A stretch of DNA of 64,000 bases from an uncultured Pseudomonadales bacterium (GTDB lineage Bacteria > Pseudomonadota > Gammaproteobacteria > Pseudomonadales > JANQJO01), in NCBI GenBank assembly GCA_964510525.1, contig CAZECE010000060.1, positions 17,586-81,585 of the forward strand, written 5' to 3'. This document shows positions 53,085 to 62,984 of the stretch, piece after piece. The first letter of the stretch is position 1. Each line of letters opens with the position of its first letter. The notes beneath the pieces were generated by a model, which did no database searches, was not told the DNA's origin, and saw only the letters and a list, made by a program, of their open reading frames with translations. Both the position numbers and the translations under genes were made by a program.

Positions 53085-54242
53085 ATGAAAATCATGCAAG
53101 ACATCGATCTGAAACAAAAGCGCGTCATGATCCGCTCGGATTTAAACGTGCCATTAAATGCAGAAGGTCAAATCACCGACGATGCGCGCATTAGAGCAGC
53201 GTTACCTGCGTATCAGCAAGCACTCAAAGCCGGTGCGGCTGTGTTGGTGCTGTCGCATTTAGGGCGACCGGTGGAAGGCGAATACGATGCGCAATTCTCA
53301 TTGGCGCCGGTTGCACAACACTTAGAAGGCTTGTTGGGTCAGTCGGTGCGCTTGGAAAAAGAGTGGCTGGCGGGCGTTGATGTTCAGCCGGGTGAGATTG
53401 TTCTCTGTGAAAATGTACGCTTTAATGTTGGTGAGAAAAAGAATAACGCGGACTTGGCCAAAAAAATGGCGACCCTGTGTGATGTGTTTGTGATGGATGC
53501 CTTTGGCACAGCGCATCGTAAGCAGGCTTCTACCTATGGGGTTGCAGAGTATGCAGCAGAGGCGTGCATGGGGCCTTTGTTGGGTGCGGAAGTGCAAGCG
53601 CTGCAAAAAGTCTTGGGCGATCCTGAGCGTCCATTATTGGCCATTGTCGGTGGTGCCAAGGTTTCTTCTAAGTTGGCTGTGTTAGAATCTTTGGCTGATA
53701 AAGTGGATCAACTCATCGTGGGAGGCGGTATTGCCAATACCTTTATCGCCGCATCTGGGTATGGTGTGGGAGCTTCTTTGTGCGAAGCCGATTTGATTGA
53801 GACTGCAAAACGCATTCAAGCGAAAACCGATATTCCATTACCCGAGGATGTGGTTGTGGCGAAAACCTTTGCCGCCGATGCTCCGGCTACGGTGAAAGCC
53901 TTGTCAGAGGTGGCGGAAGACGACATGATCTTGGATATTGGCCCGAAAGCGGCCAAGGCATTTGCCGAGCGCGTTAAAGCCGCTAAAACCGTTGTGTGGA
54001 ATGGCCCTGTTGGAGTGTTTGAGTTTGACGCCTTTTCTGGAGGCACGCGCGCATTGGCACAAGCGGTTGCAGAGTCTCCCGCCTTTTCTGTCGCTGGTGG
54101 AGGTGATACCATCGCTGCGATTAATGCGTTTGAAGTAGATAGCCAAGTGGATTACATCTCTACCGGTGGTGGCGCGTTTTTGGAATTCTTGGAAGGTAAA
54201 CAGTTGCCCGCCTTGGAAGTGTTGGCGCGAAGAGATCAGTAA
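53085..54242 (+). CDS. pgk: Phosphoglycerate kinase
   Basis: [31 protein letters not shown]. Confidence 0.96.
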   Translation: MKIMQDIDLKQKRVMIRSDLNVPLNAEGQITDDARIRAALPAYQQALKAGAAVLVLSHLGRPVEGEYDAQFSLAPVAQHLEGLLGQSVRLEKEWLAGVDVQPGEIVLCENVRFNVGEKKNNADLAKKMATLCDVFVMDAFGTAHRKQASTYGVAEYAAEACMGPLLGAEVQALQKVLGDPERPLLAIVGGAKVSSKLAVLESLADKVDQLIVGGGIANTFIAASGYGVGASLCEADLIETAKRIQAKTDIPLPEDVVVAKTFAADAPATVKALSEVAEDDMILDIGPKAAKAFAERVKAAKTVVWNGPVGVFEFDAFSGGTRALAQAVAESPAFSVAGGGDTIAAINAFEVDSQVDYISTGGGAFLEFLEGKQLPALEVLARRDQ

Positions 54243-54655
54243 GAACGTAACCCCAAACTTGATTTGGGGTCCAGGGTAGGAGGCACAGAGCAGAGTTTTT
54301 CTGTGATCTTAGCTGGGAGCACTGACCCCTGGATTCCAGATCAAGTCTGGAATGACGGTAGGTAGTGCAGAATGACGGCAGTGTAGTAAGTAGTAAAGGA
54401 TTAAGTAAGAACGTCACCCCAAACTTGATTTGGGGTCCAGGATAGGAGGCACAGAGTAGAGTTTTTCTGTGATCTTAGTTGGGAGCACTGACCCCTGGAT
54501 TCCAGATCAAGTCTGGAATGACGGTAGGTAGTTCAGTAAGAACGTCACCCCAAACTTGATTTGGGGTCCAGGATAGGAGGCACAGAGTATATTTTTTCTG
54601 TGATCTTAGTTGGGAGCACTGAGCCTTTGGACTCCAGACCAAGTCTGGAATGACG
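54238..54655 (+). repeat. Tandem array of three ~128-bp structured intergenic repeat units (pgk-fba spacer)
   Basis: Copy 1 is 54238-54365, copy 2 is 54404-54531, and copy 3 is 54535-54655 (more diverged). Copies 1 and 2 differ at about 4 positions. A 38-nt spacer after copy 1 repeats the unit's 3' end (GAATGACGGCAGTGTAG). Each unit carries hairpins ACCCCAAA-CTTGA-TTTGGGGT, CACAGAG...CTGTG and ATTCCAGA-TCAAG-TCTGGAAT. Copy 1 starts on the pgk stop codon. Confidence 0.9.
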
Positions 54656-54691
54656 TGAAGAATTCATTAAAAAGCAGTTGAGGAGAAAGAT

Positions 54692-55756
54692 ATGCCATTG
54701 ATCAGTATGCGTCAGTTGTTGGACCATGCCGCTGAGCACGAGTACGGTGTGCCGGCTTTTAACGTGAATAACCTAGAACAAATGCGGGCCATTATGAACG
54801 CCGCAGATAAAACCGATTCCCCCGTCATCGTTCAAGCCTCGGCGGGCGCACGAAAATACGCAGGTGCGCCTTTCTTGCGCCATTTGATCCTGGCCGCCAT
54901 CGAAGAATGGCCACACATCCCAGTGGTGATGCATCAAGATCACGGGGTTTCGCCTGCTGTGTGTCAGCGGTCTATTCAGTTGGGTTTTTCGTCGGTGATG
55001 ATGGACGGTTCACTCGGGGAAGATGGTAAAACCCCAATGGACTACGATTACAACGTCAAAGTGACCCGCCAAACCGTCGAAATGGCGCATGCTTGTGGTG
55101 TCTCTGTAGAAGGCGAATTGGGTTGCTTGGGATCTTTGGAAACAGGTCAGGCGGGTGAAGAAGATGGTATCGGCGCGGAAGGTACGTTAAGCCACGACCA
55201 AATGCTGACAGATCCGGAAGAAGCCGCTGATTTTGTTAAAGCCACTCAAGTGGATGCTTTGGCGATTGCGATCGGCACCAGTCACGGCGCCTATAAATTT
55301 ACCCGGCCACCGACGGGCGACATCTTAGCGATTGATCGCATTCGTGCGATTCACGAGCGTATTCCAGATACACACCTGGTGATGCACGGCTCTTCTTCGG
55401 TGCCTCAGGAGTGGTTGGCGATCATCAATGAATTTGGTGGTGAAATTCCAGAAACCTATGGCGTGCCGGTGGAGGAAATCCAAGAAGGCATCCGACACGG
55501 AGTGCGCAAGGTGAATATCGATACCGATTTGCGTTTGGCGTCAACGGGCAGTATCCGACAATTTTTAGCGGAGAATCGAGCTGAGTTTGATCCGCGTAAA
55601 TATTTGAAAAAGTCCGTGGCAGCGATGCAAGACATCTGTGTTGATCGTTACGAAGCTTTTGGTACGGCAGGTCAAGCTTCGAAAATAAAAACCCTCAGTT
55701 TGGATGCCATGGTCGACCGTTACTTGGCGGGTGAGCTGGATCCACGTGTCCACTAG
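54692..55756 (+). CDS. fba: Class II fructose-bisphosphate aldolase (354-aa Calvin/gluconeogenic subtype)
   Basis: [40 protein letters not shown]. Confidence 0.95.
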   Translation: MPLISMRQLLDHAAEHEYGVPAFNVNNLEQMRAIMNAADKTDSPVIVQASAGARKYAGAPFLRHLILAAIEEWPHIPVVMHQDHGVSPAVCQRSIQLGFSSVMMDGSLGEDGKTPMDYDYNVKVTRQTVEMAHACGVSVEGELGCLGSLETGQAGEEDGIGAEGTLSHDQMLTDPEEAADFVKATQVDALAIAIGTSHGAYKFTRPPTGDILAIDRIRAIHERIPDTHLVMHGSSSVPQEWLAIINEFGGEIPETYGVPVEEIQEGIRHGVRKVNIDTDLRLASTGSIRQFLAENRAEFDPRKYLKKSVAAMQDICVDRYEAFGTAGQASKIKTLSLDAMVDRYLAGELDPRVH

Positions 55757-56744
55757 GTTTGATCCTGTTGCTGTAAGACAAGCCCTACCGCCGTTTGATA
55801 TCGGCGTTGGGCTGTCTTCGGCAGAATCTATTCAGCATTACCTTCAATTTTATCTTCTTCATACCTATTCCCAGCAAGGCATTCAGCACGATTTAGGTGT
55901 TGTTGATGCCGCGGGCTTTCGCATAGCCGTACAACATTTTAAACCGGCTCAGCTTGAAGGGAATCCCTCTCAGGTTAAAGGCACCGTTTGGGTGGTTCAC
56001 GGCTATACCGATCACGTCGGCAATTTTTCGCACCTAATTTTGACCTTGGTTAAAAGTGGTTTTGAGGTGATGATTTATGATTTGCCAGGTCATGGATTGT
56101 CGGATGGAGATCCTGTTGCGATTGATGATTTCAGTCAATACCGAGCGGTATTGCTCGCACTCATGGAGCATTTTGGCCCAAAAGTCGCAGCCCCTCATTT
56201 TGCAGTAGGGCAGTCAACAGGGGCGGCCATATTAATGGATACCCTGTTGTCACCGCCTTTTCTCGAATCCACTTCCGAAGCAGATCGACAGGCTTTACCC
56301 TGGGAGAAAGTGGTGTTGATGGCGCCGTTGTTGCGCATTCCGCTTTGGTGGCAAACGCGTTTGCATTATTGGTTGGTGAAATCGTTTAAAAGCCGAGTGA
56401 AACGTCAATTTCGAGCCAACAGCAGTGATGACGAGTTTGTTGAGTTTTTGAAAACCAAAGACCCGCTGCAGACGCACTACATCACCGCCAAATGGGTCGG
56501 GGCTATGTTTCGATGGGCAGATCGAATGGAATTAATCCCAGAGAAAGCCAGTAATGCTGAGGTCTTGGTCATTCAAGGAGAACAAGACAAAACCGTCGAT
56601 TATAAATACAACATCCCTTGTATTGAGAGCCGATTTCCCAACGCCGAAGTTGAGTATTTCCCACAAGCCTCGCACCATTTGGTGAATGAAACGCAGGTGT
56701 TGCGAGATCAGATGTTTGATCGGTTAAAAGGGTTTTTGAGTTAA
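55746..56744 (+). CDS. Alpha/beta hydrolase (lysophospholipase/monoacylglycerol lipase-like)
   Basis: [10 protein letters not shown], nucleophile elbow GQSTG, C-terminal ASHHL. The only in-frame starts are ATG 55704 (53-nt overlap with fba) and GTG 55746 (11-nt overlap). Confidence 0.8.
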   Translation: MSTRFDPVAVRQALPPFDIGVGLSSAESIQHYLQFYLLHTYSQQGIQHDLGVVDAAGFRIAVQHFKPAQLEGNPSQVKGTVWVVHGYTDHVGNFSHLILTLVKSGFEVMIYDLPGHGLSDGDPVAIDDFSQYRAVLLALMEHFGPKVAAPHFAVGQSTGAAILMDTLLSPPFLESTSEADRQALPWEKVVLMAPLLRIPLWWQTRLHYWLVKSFKSRVKRQFRANSSDDEFVEFLKTKDPLQTHYITAKWVGAMFRWADRMELIPEKASNAEVLVIQGEQDKTVDYKYNIPCIESRFPNAEVEYFPQASHHLVNETQVLRDQMFDRLKGFLS

Positions 56745-56767
56745 AACGCGCTTAAAACAAAACCCTT
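56728..56767. terminator. 9-bp inverted repeat spanning both stop codons of the convergent hydrolase and serA genes
   Basis: AAGGGTTTT (56728-56736) pairs with AAAACCCTT (56759-56767) across a 22-nt loop. There is no U-tract, so it is weak as an intrinsic terminator. Confidence 0.25.
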
Positions 56768-57984
56768 GCCCGTATCGTGCCATTTACGCCCATCAGTTTT
56801 TCCAGCGCTAACTCGCTGTACTGTGCTTCGACATCAATCACCACGTAACCCACATCTCCCTTGGTTTGCAGAAATTGAGAAGCGATGTTGATGTTGTTCT
56901 CTGAAAACACCTGGTTGATTTCGGTCATCACGCCGGGAATATTCTGATGAATATGCAACAAACGATGACGGCCGGATTGAGAAGGTAAGGCCGCTTCGGG
57001 GAAATTCACCGCCGATAAGGTTGAGCCATTATCACTGTATTTGATCAGCTTTTCTGAGACCTCAACGCCAATGTTTTCTTGCGCCTCTATCGTGCTGCCA
57101 CCAATGTGAGGAGTCAAAATCACATTAGGGAAGGCGCGCAGGGGGGATTCAAAGGTTTCATCATTCGACCGCGGCTCTACGGGAAAGACATCAATGGCCG
57201 CGCCGTAAAGGTGTTTGTCTTCCAACGCTTGGGTCAGAGCATCGATGTCCACCACGGTGCCCCGTGACGCATTGATCAAAATGCTGTTGGGTTTCATTTG
57301 CTGAATTTCATTCGACCCAAACATCGAATGGGTGCTGGCCGTTTCAGGTACATGCAAAGACACCACATCGCTGGTTGCCAATAACGTATCAAGCGAATCC
57401 ACTTGTTCGGCGTTACCAAGGGGGAGTTTGGTAACGATGTCATGAAACTGCACCTTCATACCCAGAGCTTCGGCCAATACGCTGAGTTGCGAGCCAATAG
57501 AACCATACCCAATAATGCCTAGGGTTTTGCCACGGATTTCATGAGAGTTGTTTGCAGATTTCTGCCAAATTCCTTCGTGCGCTTTGGCGTTTTTCTCTGG
57601 AATGCCGCGCAACAATAAAATGGCTTGAGCCAAAACCAATTCAGCAACACTGCGCGTATTAGAGTAGGGTGCGTTAAACACCGGAACGCCTTGAATGGCG
57701 GCCGCATCCAAATCAACCTGATTAGTACCAATGCAAAAGCAACCGATGGCAATGAGCTTTTGTGCGGATTCAATGACTTCTTGGGTCAGCTGAGTGCGTG
57801 AACGAATCCCAACAAAGTGCGCCTGGCTGATCTTTTCTTTAAGTTCTTCAGCTGGCAACGCCGTTTTCAAGGCCTCAATATTGGTATACCCATTGGCTTC
57901 AAACTGCTTAATGGCTGAAGGGTGGACCCCTTCCAGCAGTAAAACATGAATTTTGTCTTTATCGAGGGAAAATGTAGTGCTCAT
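56752..57984 (-). CDS. serA: D-3-phosphoglycerate dehydrogenase (long form with ACT domain)
   Basis: 410 aa. NAD site GIIGYGSIGSQ, catalytic TPHIGGST, and a C-terminal ACT-like region. Confidence 0.94.
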   Translation of the reverse strand: MSTTFSLDKDKIHVLLLEGVHPSAIKQFEANGYTNIEALKTALPAEELKEKISQAHFVGIRSRTQLTQEVIESAQKLIAIGCFCIGTNQVDLDAAAIQGVPVFNAPYSNTRSVAELVLAQAILLLRGIPEKNAKAHEGIWQKSANNSHEIRGKTLGIIGYGSIGSQLSVLAEALGMKVQFHDIVTKLPLGNAEQVDSLDTLLATSDVVSLHVPETASTHSMFGSNEIQQMKPNSILINASRGTVVDIDALTQALEDKHLYGAAIDVFPVEPRSNDETFESPLRAFPNVILTPHIGGSTIEAQENIGVEVSEKLIKYSDNGSTLSAVNFPEAALPSQSGRHRLLHIHQNIPGVMTEINQVFSENNINIASQFLQTKGDVGYVVIDVEAQYSELALEKLMGVNGTIRARVLF

Positions 57985-58041
57985 TGTTTGATCTTTTTTT
58001 GAGGTTGAATTTGGGCGAAAATTTTATCATGAAAGCGTGAG

Positions 58042-58368
58042 TTGGGGTATGCTTCGGGATCAAACGCGTTCGAGACTACTTTAAGTGGTGTGAGCTATGC
58101 CAATAAAATTGAAAAATGGAAAGCGCTGGGTTACGAAATGGTATTGCTGTACTTTTGGCTACCATCAGTTGATATGGCCATTGAGAGAGTGAAAACTCGC
58201 GTTCAGCAAGGCGGTCATAATATTCCTGAGGAAGATATCAGGAGACGTTTTACCAGAAGTTGGGACAATTTTAACAACGTTTATAAACTAATTGTTGATA
58301 AATGGCTGGTTGTTGATACATCTTTTACTGTACCTAAATTAGTTGAAAGTTATGGTGATGTTCAATGA
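58042..58368 (+). pseudogene. C-terminal remnant of a zeta-toxin-like P-loop kinase/ATPase (Walker A half missing)
   Basis: FETTLSGVSYANKIEKWKALGYEMVLLYFWLPSVDMAIERVKTRVQQGGHNIPEEDIRRRF matches the C-terminal ~105 aa of ~190-aa zeta/COG4185-type proteins. Only 57 nt separate it from the serA start, which leaves no room for the P-loop half. Confidence 0.6.
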
Positions 58369-58559
58369 GTACAAATGGTTATTACGCTGAAATTGTTATG
58401 AAGGCCGCCAAAAGAGCCGCTTATAAAGTCATTGAGCGCGCGAACCTAGAAAAAAGACCCATACCCATCTGGAAAGACGGTAAGGTGGTTCATGAGATTC
58501 CACCGATGCCCAATGATGAGAGCTTTTCTGATGATAGCTCGGAGAATAAAGATAATTAG
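58365..58559 (+). CDS. Hypothetical small protein, translationally coupled (ATGA) to the zeta-like remnant
   Basis: 64-aa ORF with an acidic C-terminal tail (DESFSDDSSENKDN). No family recognised. Confidence 0.4.
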   Translation: MSTNGYYAEIVMKAAKRAAYKVIERANLEKRPIPIWKDGKVVHEIPPMPNDESFSDDSSENKDN

Positions 58560-58601
58560 CACGCAGCGCTATACATCTAATCACAGAATAACGAGGTAAG
58601 A

Positions 58602-59081
58602 ATGGCTATTTTAATGAGCTTAGGTGGGCTTATCATTTGCGTGTTGGCAGGCATTGCTCTGTTTCTGTGGCGAAAAGTGTGGGCCAATCAACGAGCCATT
58701 CAGTCTCTTGAGTCTGAGAAAACTCAAAAGCGGCTCGATTATATCCACGACAGCATTAACATACTCGCCGTATCACTCTTGAGCGATCAAGTGCGCGTGG
58801 CCGAGGCCAGTATTCGCCTGGCGGTGTTGCTCGATAATCTCGAATTGAGCTGCGAGCAAAAACACCTATTTGCGCCAATCACGGAAGTCTATAACCGCAC
58901 CAGGCACATTCCCACGCATGAGCGTTTTAATGCATTAAAAAGAAGTGAGCGACGTAAATTTGAGGCTGAGTTGCAGCAAATCGAAGCCGAGCTAGAAGAC
59001 CGAGTCAAAGAGGCGGCAAAGCACATCAAAAGCAACCCTTTCGGATCAGGCCATGCTGTTACAGAACGAGCAGCCTCTTAA
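58602..59081 (+). CDS. Membrane-anchored hypothetical protein (possibly DUF2489-like)
   Basis: N-terminal TM ILMSLGGLIICVLAGIALFLW, then a helical domain. The family assignment is from memory only. Confidence 0.5.
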   Translation: MAILMSLGGLIICVLAGIALFLWRKVWANQRAIQSLESEKTQKRLDYIHDSINILAVSLLSDQVRVAEASIRLAVLLDNLELSCEQKHLFAPITEVYNRTRHIPTHERFNALKRSERRKFEAELQQIEAELEDRVKEAAKHIKSNPFGSGHAVTERAAS

Positions 59082-59253
59082 TCCACGCATTAAATTCATT
59101 AATTCCCTAATAGACAAAATACCACCTTTGCTGAGTGATCCGCCGCTCTGGATACACGTCGTGTATTAAAAAGGTTGTTTTTTGGTTTATTTATGATAAA
59201 AGGTTCCCCTGTCTGTTTTTGAGGCACTCACTCATTATTAGGGGTATCAGTTT

Positions 59254-62200
59254 ATGTCTTGGTTTTTCCACCCAAGCGGCATGTCGAGAGCAATCGGTTT
59301 TTCAAAAAAATTGAAATGTGTTTATCTGACACTGTTTTCGGTGACGCATGCGTTATCCGTGACCCATGTGTTCGCCAATGCGTTGCCGGATTATTATCAA
59401 GAGCCAGGGTTTAATCATTTTCGTGATGTGAATATTGGTGCCCTGGGCGAGACCATTGATCCTTTTCATGGCGGGTTGCAGTTTCACGTTTCACCCTTTC
59501 GAGTGCCCGGCAATGGTGGTTTAGACATTGAGGTGCAGCTGACCTACCGTTCCATCGCAAAGCAAGCAACTCAATTTGGCCCCGACCACAAATCTTGGCC
59601 TTCCCCTTTCGGTATTGGTTGGGACTTCCATATGGGGCGTATTTGGCCGGGCTCAAAGCCTTGTCCAGGTAAAAACAGCGTCAATGGTTCTGAAGACTTT
59701 GATGCGGTCGCACCTGTGCTGGAATTAGCGGATGGCACAAGACGCGCGCTATTGGCTTACACGGGCGAAGGCGATTTTGATTTAATCACGAAAGATCGCT
59801 GGGCAGCACAATGTGACGACCTGAATAACCGCTACGTGGTGTATTCGCCGGAGGGGGTTAAATACATCTTTCCTAAAACGGGACATTCCATTGCTCAGGG
59901 CAGTGGTGTGGCATACAGCGTGGAATCAATCATGGATCCCAGCGGCAACACCATTGATGTACAGTATCTGACGGATGATAACTATGAGTTGGTCAGCCAG
60001 GTATCCTTTAAAAATCAGTCCAATAGTACGGTGACGATCGCGTATGAAAAAGTGGGCAGTTATTATCGATTACAAAGCATGTCATCAAATAGTCAAACCT
60101 GGAAGTTTACGCTCAATACCGTGCCCAATGTCGGCAGAGGCTATTTTCTGTTAAATAAGATTTCCCCAACGGGCATCAATGGGTGGGCGATTGAGTACGG
60201 TGACACGTCAGGCACGCCCGATCATTACAATATTGTCAAAACCGTGTCACCAACGGGGGTGCAGACTGATTACAGTTATGTCACGGTGTCTTTCGATGGG
60301 AGCTTTGGGATGCAACCGCAAGACGTGGCGATTAAGACGAAGAGCACTTCGGGGGCCGATACCAAAGCAGCGACATGGGCGTATGCTTACAACCCTGGCA
60401 GTGCCACTGACAATGGCGTGACCACCATCACCACGCCCATTGGCACAGAGAAACACACCTATTACCCCTCATTACGACCTGACAATGGCGACGTTTGGCG
60501 CGTCGGTACCTTACTGAAGCAAGAGTGGTTGCAAGGCAATACGTTGCTCAAACGTGTGGTCTACGATTGGGCGCCGGATTTTATTTCCACCATGCAAGTT
60601 AGGCATCGGCGTCGTCCCGGTGATGCTGTGAGGGATGTGGATACCTGGACGCCGAGGTTGGTGAGTCGTGAGAGCACGTTACATGATGGCGATCAATCGG
60701 TTCAATTTAAAACTGAGTACCTGGCATACGATGCCTACAGCAACCCGACGCGCATCCGAGAAACAGGTTATGACGACGGTGCCTCAGACAGCCGTACTCG
60801 AGAACTGACCTACGATGTCAAACTGGATCATTGGATCTTGCGCTTGGTCTCCAAAGAACAGTTTGACGGTGAATCAGTTGACGGTGAATCGGGTGCCATC
60901 GAGCGGACCTATGATGACAAAGGCCGATTAACGAAAGTATCTGAATTTGGCGCCAGCACCACTTATACCCGATGCAGCACGCACGGTGGCATTAATGAAG
61001 TGACCAATGCCAATGGGAACGTGACGCACTTTATGTGTGAAAAATACGAAAAGGGCGTTCCGAAAGAAGAGTTTCGAGCCAACAATGACAGCTCGCATCG
61101 TGTGGCGGTGACTCGCCTTGTGGATGATCATGGGCGCGTTACTTCTGAGACCATTGCCGATGGCATAGCATTACTCGATGGCACAACACAAGATTTTGTC
61201 ACGAAATTTGAATGGGATGAGTTGAATCGGCTGAAAAAAATTAACACCTCGGCCGCTAACGACAGTAACGTCAGTATTAGCTGGAATAAGCAGGGCACCC
61301 TTCGAACGCTTAAAAGAGGCACCTTCACACAATCGTCACAATACGATGGCTTAGGGCGTTTGCTACGAGAGACCAATCCAGAATTTTATGTGCGTTATGA
61401 GTACGATCAACTGGGAAGACAGGTGTTTGCATCAAACCCCATCGCCGTTAATCAAAACAGCTCCTTGGGTACCGACACCACTTATGATGTGATTGGGCGC
61501 GTTAAAAAGCAAAACCCGCCAGGAGCAGGGGAGATCACCTTTGATTATCAGAACAATAATACAGTTCGAATAACCGATCAGTTGGGCCATGCGACAAGCT
61601 ACCGTTATCGCTCGTATGAAGAGGGTGGCAATCGCCAACTGATGCGCATTATACCCGCTCAAGCATCAAGTTCGGTATCCATTAATTCCACCATCATAAA
61701 ACGCGATGTCTGGGACTTTATGACGTCGGTCAGTCAAGGAGGCGTGACACGAGATTATGCGTACAACGATCGCAAGCACTTGATCAGCCTGACTCATCCT
61801 GAAGTAGGTACTGTTAAGTACGGACGTGATACCATGGGGAACATGACCAGTTTGCAGATCAATGAGGGTGACACAACCACCTACGGTTACACCGCTTTGG
61901 AACAGTTGGCATCGGTGAGTTATCAAGACCCTCAAACGCCAGATGAATTTTTTACCTATACCAAAACAGGTCAGATTAAAACGGCGACCACGCAGGGCCA
62001 AATAGAATGGTCCTATGGCTACAACCTGAATAATTTGCTGTCACAAGAAACATTGACGCTATTAGCAGGGTCGCCGATCAATGCCGGGGTAGCTCGTCAG
62101 TTTAAGGTTCGATACCAATACGATGCGATGGATCGACGCACCAACATCATCTACCCCAGCCGCATCAACTATGAATTCACAAACGATGCGTTAGGGCGCC

Positions 62201-62943
62201 CGAACAAGCTGCGCTTTTTGAATGGACAATATCTGATGAAAAGTGCGCGTTATTGGCCAAGTGGTCAGTTACGACAGTTAATTTATGGCAATAATAAAAC
62301 CACGCAGTTTGATCAAGGCGAACTGTTAAAGCCGACCACTTCCCTAACAGGGGATGTCGACCCCGATGATCAAAATGCATTGGATGGTTTGTCGATTGTT
62401 AACCCGCTGGCGGATGAGCGTTATCAATATAATGGCAAAGGGTTGTTAACGGCGTTGAGTGATGCCATGCAACCCGAGTTTGGTTTTACCGCCTTTGGTT
62501 ATGATACCCGGGATCGGTTAACGCACTTGAATGGTGTTGAGCGATACACTTACGATGGTAATCACAATATTTTGTCCAATACAGTGGCCAACCGAAATTT
62601 CATTTATCAATACGATGCCAACCAAAGGCTAACGGGCATTGCCAATTCCCCTTACTCAAATTTTAGTTACGATGATCGGGGTAATGTGGTTGATAACACC
62701 AAAGAGCAATTTCAATTTGATGAAGCCAGCCGGTTGCGTTCGGTGATCAATCGAAACTGGACATTTAATTACGATGCGCATGGCAAACGGGTCTATCAAA
62801 ACAAGCCTGGTGGCGCTGTTATCGCCTTCTATGGTCTTGAGGGTCGGTTGCTGTTTGAATGGGACGAGCAAGCCAATCAGCAGCGCGATTATTTGTACGT
62901 AGGCAATCAAATGGTCACTAAAATTCAGCGACCCCTCCCTTAG
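59254..62943 (+). CDS. Secreted YD/RHS-repeat protein without a recognisable C-terminal toxin module
   Basis: 1229 aa with more than 12 YD-type repeats (YDDKGRL, YDGLGRL, YDQLGRQ, YDVIGRV, YDAMDRR, YDTRDRL, YDANQRL, YDDRGNV, YDAHGKR...). The N-terminal PGNGGLDIEVQLTYRS...FGIGW is typical of RHS N-regions. It ends at ...DYLYVGNQMVTKIQRPLP with no DPxGL or PxxxxDPxGL motif and no tail. Confidence 0.88.
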   Translation: MSWFFHPSGMSRAIGFSKKLKCVYLTLFSVTHALSVTHVFANALPDYYQEPGFNHFRDVNIGALGETIDPFHGGLQFHVSPFRVPGNGGLDIEVQLTYRSIAKQATQFGPDHKSWPSPFGIGWDFHMGRIWPGSKPCPGKNSVNGSEDFDAVAPVLELADGTRRALLAYTGEGDFDLITKDRWAAQCDDLNNRYVVYSPEGVKYIFPKTGHSIAQGSGVAYSVESIMDPSGNTIDVQYLTDDNYELVSQVSFKNQSNSTVTIAYEKVGSYYRLQSMSSNSQTWKFTLNTVPNVGRGYFLLNKISPTGINGWAIEYGDTSGTPDHYNIVKTVSPTGVQTDYSYVTVSFDGSFGMQPQDVAIKTKSTSGADTKAATWAYAYNPGSATDNGVTTITTPIGTEKHTYYPSLRPDNGDVWRVGTLLKQEWLQGNTLLKRVVYDWAPDFISTMQVRHRRRPGDAVRDVDTWTPRLVSRESTLHDGDQSVQFKTEYLAYDAYSNPTRIRETGYDDGASDSRTRELTYDVKLDHWILRLVSKEQFDGESVDGESGAIERTYDDKGRLTKVSEFGASTTYTRCSTHGGINEVTNANGNVTHFMCEKYEKGVPKEEFRANNDSSHRVAVTRLVDDHGRVTSETIADGIALLDGTTQDFVTKFEWDELNRLKKINTSAANDSNVSISWNKQGTLRTLKRGTFTQSSQYDGLGRLLRETNPEFYVRYEYDQLGRQVFASNPIAVNQNSSLGTDTTYDVIGRVKKQNPPGAGEITFDYQNNNTVRITDQLGHATSYRYRSYEEGGNRQLMRIIPAQASSSVSINSTIIKRDVWDFMTSVSQGGVTRDYAYNDRKHLISLTHPEVGTVKYGRDTMGNMTSLQINEGDTTTYGYTALEQLASVSYQDPQTPDEFFTYTKTGQIKTATTQGQIEWSYGYNLNNLLSQETLTLLAGSPINAGVARQFKVRYQYDAMDRRTNIIYPSRINYEFTNDALGRPNKLRFLNGQYLMKSARYWPSGQLRQLIYGNNKTTQFDQGELLKPTTSLTGDVDPDDQNALDGLSIVNPLADERYQYNGKGLLTALSDAMQPEFGFTAFGYDTRDRLTHLNGVERYTYDGNHNILSNTVANRNFIYQYDANQRLTGIANSPYSNFSYDDRGNVVDNTKEQFQFDEASRLRSVINRNWTFNYDAHGKRVYQNKPGGAVIAFYGLEGRLLFEWDEQANQQRDYLYVGNQMVTKIQRPLP

Positions 62944-62984
62944 ATTTTTTAATAAATAAAATGCAGTTTCTGAAGGAAATTAAA

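Noticed and set aside
54238-54655. Possible CRISPR array, given the regularly repeated sequence
   Set aside because: The units are ~128 bp and directly abutting. There are no unique spacers of 25-40 bp, no short 25-40-bp repeat, and no cas genes in the window.
54160-54739. Minus-strand ORFs 54160-54417 (85 aa) and 54545-54739 (64 aa), which give similar peptides (HSRLDLESRGQ... and HSRLGLESKGS...)
   Set aside because: They are translations of the tandem DNA repeat, which explains their similarity. They overlap the pgk 3' end and the fba 5' end antisense. They have no ribosome-binding context. The repeat's substitution pattern fits RNA pairing, not codon conservation.
59254-62943. Calling the RHS protein a complete polymorphic toxin with a downstream immunity gene
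   Set aside because: No RHS core (DPxGL) or toxin tail is present. The downstream ORF has a signal peptide and is large, unlike typical small cytoplasmic immunity proteins.
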